The position numbers were made by a program, and so were the translations under genes. Positions 19,133-28,316 of a stretch of 64,000 bases of DNA are shown in pieces. The stretch is from an uncultured Clostridia bacterium (GTDB lineage Bacteria; Bacillota; Clostridia; Oscillospirales; Oscillospiraceae), in assembly GCA_945949735.1 (NCBI GenBank), contig CAMFFO010000001.1, forward strand, positions 35,362-99,361, given 5' to 3'. The notes under the pieces are model-generated. The model saw only the letters and a list, made by a program, of their open reading frames with translations, ran no database searches and was not told where the DNA came from. Numbering within the stretch: position 1 is the first letter of the stretch; every line of letters starts with the position of its first letter.

Positions 19133-20135
19133 ATTGTACCTCCCAATGCCGCAGCGCAACCGCGACTGTTACACCGCCGATTGCCGTTTTGTGAATAATC
19201 AGGCGCTCCGCCTCCACCAAGGCTGCCCGCTCGCACACATTGTCCACACCGGTAACGGAGCTGACAAACTCCGACGCGGTGAAATTCCCCTCCACGCCCC
19301 GCAGCTGCTCCGCGCTGTAAACCGTAAAAGGCAAACAGGCATCCTTGCAGAACTCCATAAGTCCCGGTTCGTGCTCCTTCAAATCAATGGAATATACCCC
19401 GGCAGCCGCCTTTGGGTCGATTCCCTGCTCCTGGAAAACGGAATCCACAGCCCGGTAAATCGCCCCCGCCGGAATTCCCTTTCGGCATCCGATTCCCAGA
19501 TTCAAAACCCTGGGCACCAGCCGGAGGGTTTTTCCAAACGGCTCTGTCTTACGATAAGTAACGGATATCCCAAGGGGGCCGGTGTCTCCGGAGATTAATC
19601 CGGAGGGGAGCGGCAAAGAGACCGGGAAATCACTGGCCAATGGAATATCCCCCTCCAGGATGGCAGCGGAAATCCGTTTGGCCGCCTCCATGCTGCTGAT
19701 GGCGTATCCATTTTCGGAGGCCCAAGTATCTACCGAAAAGCGATGATTGATATCCGTGGCGGTGGTAATTACCGCTGTGGCGCCCAGCCCCCGGGCCAAT
19801 TCTCTTGCCAGACGGTTTGCGCCGCCAATATGCCCACTGAGAAGCGGGATCACATACTGTCCCAGTTCATCGATGCAAAGAACCGCCGGGTCCTTCCGCT
19901 TGTCGGAAACATAGGGCGCAATCTCACGAACCGCGATTCCGCAGGCCCCCACGAAAATCAGGGCATCCGCCCGGGAAAAGTACTCCCCGTACAGGGGTTT
20001 GGAGATTGGATAAAAGCCGTCCTCCCGCAGCCGGGCAGTACAGCAGCAGGTGGAAGCTCCGGCCGGGAGCAGTCCGCTGACGCGCCTGGCAGTTTCGCAG
20101 CCCCTTCGGCTATAGGCGAATACTGCCGCGTTCAC
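19125..20135 (-). CDS. cbiG: Cobalt-precorrin-5A hydrolase
   Basis: GACGIAVR, DPAVL, LLSGHIGGAN, VITTATD, GIGCRKG, VCERAA. Confidence 0.94.
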   Translation of the reverse strand: MNAAVFAYSRRGCETARRVSGLLPAGASTCCCTARLREDGFYPISKPLYGEYFSRADALIFVGACGIAVREIAPYVSDKRKDPAVLCIDELGQYVIPLLSGHIGGANRLARELARGLGATAVITTATDINHRFSVDTWASENGYAISSMEAAKRISAAILEGDIPLASDFPVSLPLPSGLISGDTGPLGISVTYRKTEPFGKTLRLVPRVLNLGIGCRKGIPAGAIYRAVDSVFQEQGIDPKAAAGVYSIDLKEHEPGLMEFCKDACLPFTVYSAEQLRGVEGNFTASEFVSSVTGVDNVCERAALVEAERLIIHKTAIGGVTVAVALRHWEVQFG

Positions 20136-20887
20136 TGTGTTGCCTCCCGGAACTCCGTTCTAAAGCCCGGATGGTAGAGCATACTTCTCAGGTATTCCCC
20201 TCCCATGCACCTTCCCACAATGATCAGCGCCGTCTTAGTCAATCCATTTTCCGATACTGTCCGGTGAAGGGTTTCCACGGTGCAGCGGAAGATTTTTTCA
20301 TCGGGCCAGGTGGCTTTGTACACCACAGCTACAGGCGTATCCCCGGGATATCCTCCGCTGAGCAGATCCTTCTGCAGCTGCTCCGTCAGAGAGGTGCTCA
20401 GAAATAGTACCATGGTGGCCTGATGGGCAGAGAGAGACTGGACAGATTCCCGTTCCGGAACACTGGTCCGCCCGGCAGCCCGGGTGATGATGACGGTCTG
20501 ACTTACATCCGGCAGCGTGTACTCCGTCCGAAGGGATGCGGCTGCACCGCAGAAAGAACTGACCCCGGGGCACACATCATAGGCAATCCCCAGTTCCTCC
20601 AGACGGTCAAACTGTTCCCGGACTGCGCCATAGATGCTGGAATCTCCGGTATGGAGCCGGACGGTAGTCTGATGTGCCCTTTCCGCCTCTTCCATGACCG
20701 CAGTCACCTGCTCCAGGGTCATTTGGGCGCTGTTATGAATTTGGCAGCCTTCCTTGCAGTATTTCAGCAGCTCGGGATTTACAAGGGATCCTGCGTAAAT
20801 CACGACGTCTGCCTGCGCAAGCAGCCGTGCTCCCCGTATCGTGATCAGGTCAACCGCGCCGCTCCCGGCGCCCACAAAATGCACCAT
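20132..20887 (-). CDS. cbiF: Cobalt-precorrin-4 C11-methyltransferase
   Basis: VHFVGAGSG, YAGSLVN, RLHTGD, EYTLPDVSQTVIITR, SMLYHPGF. Confidence 0.95.
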   Translation of the reverse strand: MVHFVGAGSGAVDLITIRGARLLAQADVVIYAGSLVNPELLKYCKEGCQIHNSAQMTLEQVTAVMEEAERAHQTTVRLHTGDSSIYGAVREQFDRLEELGIAYDVCPGVSSFCGAAASLRTEYTLPDVSQTVIITRAAGRTSVPERESVQSLSAHQATMVLFLSTSLTEQLQKDLLSGGYPGDTPVAVVYKATWPDEKIFRCTVETLHRTVSENGLTKTALIIVGRCMGGEYLRSMLYHPGFRTEFREATQ

Positions 20888-20889
20888 AT

Positions 20890-22029
20890 TTACTCCCCCG
20901 TGAATTTCTTTAATAACGTTTCCGCGTTTTCACTCTGCCCAAGGATCCCATATTCCTTGGAAAACAGAATCACGCCGGTTTCCATTTCCCCCGCAGCCCG
21001 GTGGCCCAGATGAAACGCCACCCGCCCGGTAAGCCGGGTCAGGGTTTCTTCGCGGATGCGCGCATCCGACAGAATACGGACCGCGTCGTCACAGGCAACA
21101 CATTCCAGAATTCTTTTAATGGTATCCCCGCCCGCGCCGCAGGCTCCAGCGTGCGCGGCCAGGATTTCCATACGGCAATCCCCATATTTAGAGTGGGTAT
21201 TCATCATCCCACCGCCGATTTTCACCAGCTTCCCAATATGCCCGATGAGCAGTGCGCCCCGAAACCCCAGTGCCTTGCAGATATCCAGGGCATCTCCGAT
21301 AAAATTGGAGGTTTGCACCAGCAAGGAATCCTCCACCCCCAGGCGCTCCCGAATAAACTGGGCGCCGTAGTTCCCCGGAGTCAGGAGGGCATATTCCGCG
21401 CCGCTCTGTCTGCGCTGCCGCAGTTCCACGCGGATGGTTTCCACCAGCGCTTTCTCGCTCATGGGTTCCACGATTCCGGTGGTTCCCAAAATGGATATTC
21501 CGCCCACAATTCCCAGCCTGGGGTTGAAGGTTTTTTTCGCCAGCCGTTCCCCCTCGGGCACGGAGATCACAACTGAAAGCCCTCCGGAATAATCTGCCAG
21601 CTCCATCACCTCCCGCAGGTTCTCCTGTATCATCCTGCGGGGAACGGAGTTGATGGCAGCGTTTCCCACCTGCTGATCCAGGCCCGGCTTCGTCACTCTG
21701 CCGACGCCCGCTCCCCCGTCAATGGAGATTTCCGGTTCCCGGGTATAGGATACCGACGCGAAAATCAGCGTCCCATCCGTCACATCCGGGTCATCCCCGC
21801 TGTCCTTTCGAATGGCGCAGGATACCTGTTCAGGGGTCATGTTGATCTCCAGCACCTCCAGCTCCAAAACGATCCCTTTGGGGGTGGTGATGGCAATCTG
21901 TTCCTTGCGGTTTCCCGTCAGGAGCATCCATGCGGCAGCCTTTGCCGCGGCGGCAGCGCAGCTTCCCGTGGTATATCCCAGCCGAAGCCGCCTTCCGTCT
22001 TTTTCGATGTATTCTTCCAATGTGCTCAC
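20890..22029 (-). CDS. cbiD: Cobalt-precorrin-5B C1-methyltransferase
   Basis: LRLGYTTGSCAAAA, KDSGDDPDVT, TFNPRLGIVGGISILGTTGIVEPMS, GHIGKLVK. Confidence 0.96.
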   Translation of the reverse strand: MSTLEEYIEKDGRRLRLGYTTGSCAAAAAKAAAWMLLTGNRKEQIAITTPKGIVLELEVLEINMTPEQVSCAIRKDSGDDPDVTDGTLIFASVSYTREPEISIDGGAGVGRVTKPGLDQQVGNAAINSVPRRMIQENLREVMELADYSGGLSVVISVPEGERLAKKTFNPRLGIVGGISILGTTGIVEPMSEKALVETIRVELRQRRQSGAEYALLTPGNYGAQFIRERLGVEDSLLVQTSNFIGDALDICKALGFRGALLIGHIGKLVKIGGGMMNTHSKYGDCRMEILAAHAGACGAGGDTIKRILECVACDDAVRILSDARIREETLTRLTGRVAFHLGHRAAGEMETGVILFSKEYGILGQSENAETLLKKFTGE

Positions 22030-22649
22030 CGCATAATCTGATACATCAGCGCGTTGCAGATAGCAGCCGCCACATTACTGCCGCCTTTGCGCCCTCTTGC
22101 CACAATATAGTCGGCATCGGACGACAGAATCAGTTCCTTGCTTTCAACTACGTTGACAAAGCCCACAGGAACGCCGATGATGAGCGCGGGCTTCAGAATT
22201 CCGGCGTTCATCTGTTCCCAAATCGAGATTAGGGCAGTGGGTGCGTTTCCCACGGCAAAAATGCAAGGCTTTTCCAATTTTGCAGCCCGTTCCATGGACA
22301 CAATTGCCCGGGTAATCCCCCGCTCCTTCGCCTCTGCGGCCACGTCCGGGTCCGACATAAAGCAGTGGGCATGGCCTCCCAGTCTGCCGAGAATGGTTTT
22401 GTTAATCCCGGATCTCGCCATCTGGGTGTCGGTCACAATATCGCATCCATTTTTCAGGGCGTCTATCCCCTTGCGGACCGCTCCGTCGGAAAAAATCAGA
22501 TTTTCCACATAGTCAAAATCCGCCGTGGTGTGGATCACGCGCTTGATCACAGGCTCCTGCTCTGGGTCCAGCTTCCGATCTCCCAGCAAAGAACCAATGA
22601 TCTCAAAGCTTCGCTTTTCAATATCCGCTGGATTCACATGTTCAATCAT
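22026..22649 (-). CDS. cbiC: Cobalt-precorrin-8 methylmutase
   Basis: PADIEKRSF, RVIHTTADF, GNAPTAL, GVPVGFVNVVESKE, GRKGGSNVAAAI. Confidence 0.95.
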   Translation of the reverse strand: MIEHVNPADIEKRSFEIIGSLLGDRKLDPEQEPVIKRVIHTTADFDYVENLIFSDGAVRKGIDALKNGCDIVTDTQMARSGINKTILGRLGGHAHCFMSDPDVAAEAKERGITRAIVSMERAAKLEKPCIFAVGNAPTALISIWEQMNAGILKPALIIGVPVGFVNVVESKELILSSDADYIVARGRKGGSNVAAAICNALMYQIMR

Positions 22650-24000
22650 TTTTATGCTTCTCCTCTCTGCAGGCGGAATAGAAGTGAATGGCAAACTCCG
22701 GATTCGCGTAAAAGTGGATGTGGGGAAACCCCGCGTAAAGCGTCTCGGTGGCAACGGCACAGGCCCATTTTCTCCCACTATGCTTTTCCGCTGAGAAACC
22801 GTCCCCCGGCTGTGTGCAGTCCCAGTGGTGAAACTCGTGAGCCTGGATGCTGTCTCCCACCCCGCACAGAAGGTTGTCCTTCCTGGCTTTGAGGGTCACA
22901 TAGCCGAATCGGGTCAATTTGCCTGTGTCGAAACAGCGCCCGGGAAGGAAGCCAACCATGGGGAAGCTTCCTATGGATTCCGTCAGGTACATAAAGCCGC
23001 CGCACTCCGCGATGCAGGGCAGCTTTTCTTCCAGAGCTTTGCGGATAGAAGCCTTCATGGATCGGTTCGCGGAAAGCTGATCCGCATACAGCTCCGGATA
23101 TCCCCCGCACAAATACAAGCCGTGAATATGTTCCGGGAGCCCCATGTCCCGCAAGGGACTGAAAGGGATCAGTTCCGCGCCCATTGTTTTCAACATTTTC
23201 AGGCTGTCCTCATACCGGAAGCAAAACGCCTGGTCATTGGCATAGGCAATCCGAACAGGCTCAAACTCAGGCAAAGAAACCTCTTCGAAGCATATGGGAT
23301 CTGCCCGGTTCGCAAGCTCCAGAATTGTGTCGATTTGAATGGTTTTCTCTGCCTGAAAAGCCAGCTTCCCCAGCTTCTCCTTCAGGCCAGTCACTTCGTC
23401 CGCTGTCACCAGTCCCAGATGGCGGCTTTCCAGCGTACACTCCGGCATATTCGGCAGATATCCCAAAGGAAGGACTTTTCCTGAAAAGTGTTCCTGAATG
23501 CACTTTGCCAAGGCGGGGTAGGACATTTCCGAGCATTTGTTGAGAATGATCCCTGCGATCTGATTGTCGGGCAGGAAGGAAAGGAAGCCCTGAATAACCG
23601 GAACAATGGACAACGCCGTTCCCCGGGCGTTAACGACCAGCACGACAGGGCTTCCGGTAGCTTTCGCGATTTCGTAGGAGCTTCCCTTTTCGGAGGAAAT
23701 CCCAACACCGTCATAAAACCCCATAACCCCCTCCACCACACTGATATCGCATTCCCGGCCGTTTTGGGCGAGAAGATATCGCAGGGTGTTTTCCGGAAAG
23801 AAATAAAGATCCAGATTTCCGCTTTTGGCGCCAATGATCCTGCTGTGAAACATGGGATCAATGTAATCCGGCCCGCACTTAAATGCGCCTGTCCTGAGTC
23901 CCCGGTTTACAAGGGCCTGCAGGAGCGCGCAGCAAACGGTCGTTTTCCCACAGCCGCTGTTGGTTCCTGCCAGCAGGATTCTGGGTATCATCTGTTCCAT
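22642..24000 (-). CDS. cbiA: Cobyrinate a,c-diamide synthase
   Basis: SGCGKT, KCGPDYIDP, EGVMGFYDG, SRHLGL, GGYPE, AECGGFMYL, HEFH. Confidence 0.95.
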   Translation of the reverse strand: MEQMIPRILLAGTNSGCGKTTVCCALLQALVNRGLRTGAFKCGPDYIDPMFHSRIIGAKSGNLDLYFFPENTLRYLLAQNGRECDISVVEGVMGFYDGVGISSEKGSSYEIAKATGSPVVLVVNARGTALSIVPVIQGFLSFLPDNQIAGIILNKCSEMSYPALAKCIQEHFSGKVLPLGYLPNMPECTLESRHLGLVTADEVTGLKEKLGKLAFQAEKTIQIDTILELANRADPICFEEVSLPEFEPVRIAYANDQAFCFRYEDSLKMLKTMGAELIPFSPLRDMGLPEHIHGLYLCGGYPELYADQLSANRSMKASIRKALEEKLPCIAECGGFMYLTESIGSFPMVGFLPGRCFDTGKLTRFGYVTLKARKDNLLCGVGDSIQAHEFHHWDCTQPGDGFSAEKHSGRKWACAVATETLYAGFPHIHFYANPEFAIHFYSACREEKHKND

Positions 24001-25106
24001 GCAGTGTCCTCCTCCCGGAAAATAGGAATTCCATTCTCCCGGGCAATCCGAAGAAGGGATTCATTTGCCTGATTCAGGGAGCCGGTGGGAGTTCCGGAAT
24101 GAATCACGCGTTCACATTGCACGAGAATTTTTGCGGCGGCATCCACCTGTTCCTGGGTCATGGGCTCAAAAGCCGGAGCGGTAACCACCTGGTCGCTCAG
24201 TTCCCACGCAATCTGCGCGTCAATGTCATTTTCAAACAGAATTCCTGTCGCGAAGGGAATCTGCGCCCTCTGAAGCCGCCGGTATACCTTCGCGCCGAAG
24301 CCATTGCCCGCAATCACAAATACCCGCGGCTTTCCCACCGGCTTTTTCAGCTCCACGCTTCCAAACAGCCGGTTATAGGAGCCGGTTTCCATGTTATATA
24401 GATCCTCGATGGAGTGATGTCTCAAAATCTCTTCGGGACTGCCGAAGGCGTAGATGGTATCTCCCTTCACACAGATCAGATTGTCTGAGAGCTTCAGGGC
24501 AAAATCAATTTCATGGAGGGAAAGAATCACAGTAATTCCCTTTTCCCGGGCCATCTGCCGAAGAATATCCAGCAGCTCCATTTTATACCGGATGTCCAGA
24601 TATGCAGTGGGTTCGTCCAGAACAAGGACCTCCGGCTCCTGACAAATAGCCCTTGCCAGCAAAATACGCTGCCGTTGTCCATCGGACAGCGTCAGGAAAT
24701 CCCGCTGGGCCAGATCCTCAGCGCCCACCCGCCTGAGAGCATCCGTAACGATCGCCCGATCCTCTGGGGTCAGTTTCCCGACCAAATTGGTGTAGGGATA
24801 CCTGCCCATGGAGACAACCTCAGCGCAGGTCATCAACTCCGGGCGTACCCGGTCCGTCAAAACCACCGCAAGTTTTTTTGCCAGTTTTCTGGAAGTCTGA
24901 ACGGAAATCAGGTTCCCGTCCAGGAAAACCGTTCCGTAAATCTTTGCCAGATGCCGGGTGATGGTTTTCAGAATCGTTGATTTTCCGGCTCCATTGGGAC
25001 CGATCAAGGTAGTAATGGTACCTTTTTCGATACACAGGTTGATATCATGGATCAGCGGCTTCCCATCATAGCCCACTGTAAGATCCCTGGTTTCAAAATA
25101 TGCCAT
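23988..25106 (-). CDS. ABC transporter ATPase (BtuD/FecE-like) with C-terminal extension
   Basis: GPNGAGKS, LSDGQRQR, LDEPT, SLHE. Confidence 0.92.
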   Translation of the reverse strand: MAYFETRDLTVGYDGKPLIHDINLCIEKGTITTLIGPNGAGKSTILKTITRHLAKIYGTVFLDGNLISVQTSRKLAKKLAVVLTDRVRPELMTCAEVVSMGRYPYTNLVGKLTPEDRAIVTDALRRVGAEDLAQRDFLTLSDGQRQRILLARAICQEPEVLVLDEPTAYLDIRYKMELLDILRQMAREKGITVILSLHEIDFALKLSDNLICVKGDTIYAFGSPEEILRHHSIEDLYNMETGSYNRLFGSVELKKPVGKPRVFVIAGNGFGAKVYRRLQRAQIPFATGILFENDIDAQIAWELSDQVVTAPAFEPMTQEQVDAAAKILVQCERVIHSGTPTGSLNQANESLLRIARENGIPIFREEDTAWNR

Positions 25107-25107
25107 A

Positions 25108-26166
25108 TCAGCCCTCCTCCTGCCTGCGCCGGCGAACCATCATATAAATCACGACAGGCGCGCCAAAGGCGGAGGTGACCGTTCCGATAGCCAACTCCGT
25201 GGGTGCGAAGGCTGTTCTGGCGATCAGGTCACACAATACGCAGAAAACGCTGCCGCACAGGAAGGTGGCGGGGATGGCCAGCGCCGGTTTTGAAGATTTC
25301 AGCAGCGTCCGTGTAATATGGGGAACCGCGATGCCCAAAAAGGAAACCGGCCCGGCCAGTGCGGTCACACAGGCAGAAAGCAGACTTGACAGAAGAATCA
25401 GCGCAATCCGAAAGAGCTTGATGGCAAGGCCCATGCTCTGCGCGTACCCCTCTCCCAAAGAGTAAGCCCACATTGGCTTGCTGAGCAGCCAGGCCGCCAG
25501 CACTGTGGGCACACAAATCCACACGGCAGTCTTAACATCATCCCAACCGGCTCCACAGAAGGTGCCCATGGACCAGCTTGTCAGATTCACAATATCCTGT
25601 TCATTGGCGAAGGTAATGCAGAAATCCGTAACCGCGCTGCAGATATAGCCCACCATAATGCCAACCACGAGCAGCATGGACATATTTCTGACCTTCTGGG
25701 AGAAGAGCAGCACCAGAAGCGTGATCATCAGCGCGCCGACAAAGGCAGCCAGAACCAGTGCAAAGGAACCCGCGCCTCTGAGAAACCCAGAGAAGAAAAT
25801 CATGGTCAATCCTACAACCATCTTCGCGCCGTTGGATATTCCCAGCACAAAAGGGCCGGCAATGGGATTGCGAAAAAAGCTTTGCAGCAGAAAACCGGAA
25901 ACAGCCAGGGCCCCGCCGAGTATACCCGCCAGAAGGAGCCTGGGCAAACGAATGAGCAGCAGAATGTTTTCTTGTGTACTTCCCGTTCGTTTTCCAAGAA
26001 CGGCGTTCCAAAGCATACGAAGAATATCCCCGGGAGGAATGGTCACCGAGCCTGTGCTGACATTCAGAACCAGTCCCAAAAGGAGCAGGCTTCCAAGCAG
26101 GAGCATCACAAGGATAAATCGTCTGTGATGGAAAGAGGATTTCTGTTTTTCTTCCGTGGAGGTCAT
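25108..26166 (-). CDS. ABC transporter permease (BtuC/FecCD family)
   Basis: IRLPR, QSFFRNPIAGPFVLGIS, LGEGYAQSMG, GPVSFLGIAVPH. Confidence 0.92.
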   Translation of the reverse strand: MTSTEEKQKSSFHHRRFILVMLLLGSLLLLGLVLNVSTGSVTIPPGDILRMLWNAVLGKRTGSTQENILLLIRLPRLLLAGILGGALAVSGFLLQSFFRNPIAGPFVLGISNGAKMVVGLTMIFFSGFLRGAGSFALVLAAFVGALMITLLVLLFSQKVRNMSMLLVVGIMVGYICSAVTDFCITFANEQDIVNLTSWSMGTFCGAGWDDVKTAVWICVPTVLAAWLLSKPMWAYSLGEGYAQSMGLAIKLFRIALILLSSLLSACVTALAGPVSFLGIAVPHITRTLLKSSKPALAIPATFLCGSVFCVLCDLIARTAFAPTELAIGTVTSAFGAPVVIYMMVRRRRQEEG

Positions 26167-26181
26167 AATCGTACCTTTCTG

Positions 26182-27309
26182 TCAGGTAAGCGGGAAAAGA
26201 TAGTCAAACTCACCGGGAGAATCCGAGAAAATCAGATGAAACTCCCGGATCATCTGACCAAGCTGTAAGGTTTCCTGGAACATATTCTGGGAGGTACACC
26301 AAACGTTCCCGTTTTTCACCGCCTTAAAATCCTTCAGCAGAGGATTTAAGGCAAGGAGCTGGGCAAGGCTCTCCACCTCTCCGGCGATCGCGCTGTTATA
26401 GATAATATAATCCGCGTCCTTTGCGGCAGCGTAGAAGGTTTCCATTTCAATGGTGGCAGTGGAACTGGAGCTTTCCGGATCTCCCAGATTGTCAAACACA
26501 TATTTTCCGCCCGCAAGTTCAATCATTTTGCTGACATAGTCCCCGGATTTCCGGGTAACTACATAGCCAGAGGAACTGATGTAAAAAAAAGCGACGGTTT
26601 TTCCGGTATTCGCCTCCTGGCGAACGGAATTGAGATAATCCGCCTGCTTCTGGAATAACGACTCCGCCTGTTCTTCCTCGTTCAGCAGGGCTGCGTATAA
26701 TTTCACCCATTCGGTGCGGCCAAGAGGGTGTGTTTCCCGGCTGGACTGGTCGACCAGAACCGGAATTCCCAATTCCTCCAGTTTATCTTTCACATCGGAG
26801 GCATGGCCGATCATGGTGGACTCGATGGCAAGCGAGCAGCTGCTGCCGAGGATTCGTTCATAGTCCGGTTCGCTGTACTTTCCCGCGTAGAGGATATCCC
26901 CTCTCTCCATGGCTTCCCTGGCACGGTCAATATACCACCCCTCCGCCCGGGTTCCCGACAGGGTGATCGCGTCCAGACGGTCAAGACCGTCAAACAGGCA
27001 CATTACGGAGGTGGCTGCGAGATAAATGTTCTCAATAGGCTGGCGCAGCGCAACGATATCCCTGTGAATTCCGCTGGGAACCTCCATTCCCTCGGGCACC
27101 ACCAGGAACCGGCTTCCATCCCCCAATGTAATCAGTTTATACCCGTCCGCAAAATAGTCGAGAGAAAATTCATGGGCATACTGCAGTTCCATGGAGCTGA
27201 CCGGCTCCCAGCCGTTGCCCAATCCGGTTGCATCGTTTTGCCCCCCGCATCCATGCAGACAGGAAAAGAGCATCACAAGGCCCAAAAAAGCTCCAATCCA
27301 CCGCTTCAT
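26182..27309 (-). CDS. ABC substrate-binding lipoprotein (BtuF/siderophore class III-like)
   Basis: Lipobox LHGC; GKYSEPDYE, ETHPLGRTEW, AVKNGNVW. Confidence 0.88.
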   Translation of the reverse strand: MKRWIGAFLGLVMLFSCLHGCGGQNDATGLGNGWEPVSSMELQYAHEFSLDYFADGYKLITLGDGSRFLVVPEGMEVPSGIHRDIVALRQPIENIYLAATSVMCLFDGLDRLDAITLSGTRAEGWYIDRAREAMERGDILYAGKYSEPDYERILGSSCSLAIESTMIGHASDVKDKLEELGIPVLVDQSSRETHPLGRTEWVKLYAALLNEEEQAESLFQKQADYLNSVRQEANTGKTVAFFYISSSGYVVTRKSGDYVSKMIELAGGKYVFDNLGDPESSSSTATIEMETFYAAAKDADYIIYNSAIAGEVESLAQLLALNPLLKDFKAVKNGNVWCTSQNMFQETLQLGQMIREFHLIFSDSPGEFDYLFPLT

Positions 27310-27692
27310 TCCACTGCCCCTTTCGCGGTGGAGCTGTCAATGTAGAGCCTGTACTCAATGAGGTGCGGCTGACTCATGGCAATGGTCGACGCGCTTACGG
27401 TCATTTCCGTGTTCAGAAGAACCGGTATTTCAAATACGGAATTACCCTCCATGGAAACCGGCTCATAGCGTTTCCCGTCCACGATCATGTACTCATAATA
27501 GGGACTGCTCCATACAATCCTGGCGGATGCGTTTCCGCCCTCTATGACCACCAGCGCCGGTGATTCAATGCCGGCACGTCCGGAGCCCCCGGAAAGGGAC
27601 ACATCCATGTAGTAGGTTCCATCGGTAAGCTCCTTCACTGCGCAGGCTGTCAGCAGTACGCACAGAAGCACAACAAATGCCGTCTTTCTCAT
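27306..27692 (-). CDS. Small lipoprotein, unknown function (beta-rich, NEAT-like pattern)
   Basis: Lipobox LTAC; DGTY..V.L..GSGRA, IVWSSPYYEYM, FEIPV. Confidence 0.75.
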   Translation of the reverse strand: MRKTAFVVLLCVLLTACAVKELTDGTYYMDVSLSGGSGRAGIESPALVVIEGGNASARIVWSSPYYEYMIVDGKRYEPVSMEGNSVFEIPVLLNTEMTVSASTIAMSQPHLIEYRLYIDSSTAKGAVE

Positions 27693-27696
27693 TTTT

Positions 27697-28230
27697 TCAC
27701 CCCAGGGTAATTACGCCATCAGGAAGAAGATCCGAGGAGAATACCAGAACCCGGTCATACCATGTTTCCTTCTTGATGCTCCATGCCGCACAGTCCAGCT
27801 CCATATTCAGCGCCTCCACCGGAATGGTAAAGACCTTTTCCCCATCCTCATTCAAGACGAAGGGGATGTACGAATCCTCCGTATCCTCCAACGCAGCCTC
27901 CGCGGTTCCCAGATAGACAAAACCATACCCCTGCCCGCTCATGGTCATGGCGGCGGTCATGGAATCGTTTTCCACTGTCAGCACGCAGTGAACGACCCGG
28001 AACATGGAGGAACTGGACTCCACGGAGATTTCATAGGCGCCATCCGCAATCTGACCGGCATAAATCACGGGAGGCTCCGTCTCCTCCGGCGCAGTCTCTT
28101 CAGGTTCTGTGGTTTCAGGAGCCTCGGTGGTTTCCGGGGCTGTGGTTTCCGCAGGTTCGGAAGGAGCAGGATTGGAAGCGCAGCCTGTCAATATCAGCAA
28201 ACAGAGCAAAATCACAGCCATTTTTCTCAT
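27697..28230 (-). CDS. Lipoprotein with Glu/Thr/Pro linker and a domain resembling that of 27306..27692
   Basis: Lipobox LTGC; PETT repeats; DGAYEISV.SSSSMF, YGFVY, FTIPV; AAGGAG RBS. Confidence 0.78.
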   Translation of the reverse strand: MRKMAVILLCLLILTGCASNPAPSEPAETTAPETTEAPETTEPEETAPEETEPPVIYAGQIADGAYEISVESSSSMFRVVHCVLTVENDSMTAAMTMSGQGYGFVYLGTAEAALEDTEDSYIPFVLNEDGEKVFTIPVEALNMELDCAAWSIKKETWYDRVLVFSSDLLPDGVITLG

Positions 28231-28255
28231 TTCAGATTTCTCCTTTTTATGCAAG

Positions 28256-28288
28256 CTTCTGCGCATACCGGTATGGTATGCGCAGAAG
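28256..28288. repeat. Intra-operon inverted repeat downstream of cbiK
   Basis: CTTCTGCGCATACC-GGTAT-GGTATGCGCAGAAG perfect 14-bp stem. Confidence 0.7.
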
Positions 28289-28316
28289 TGTGATAATACC
28301 CTACTTGGGTTTAGGA

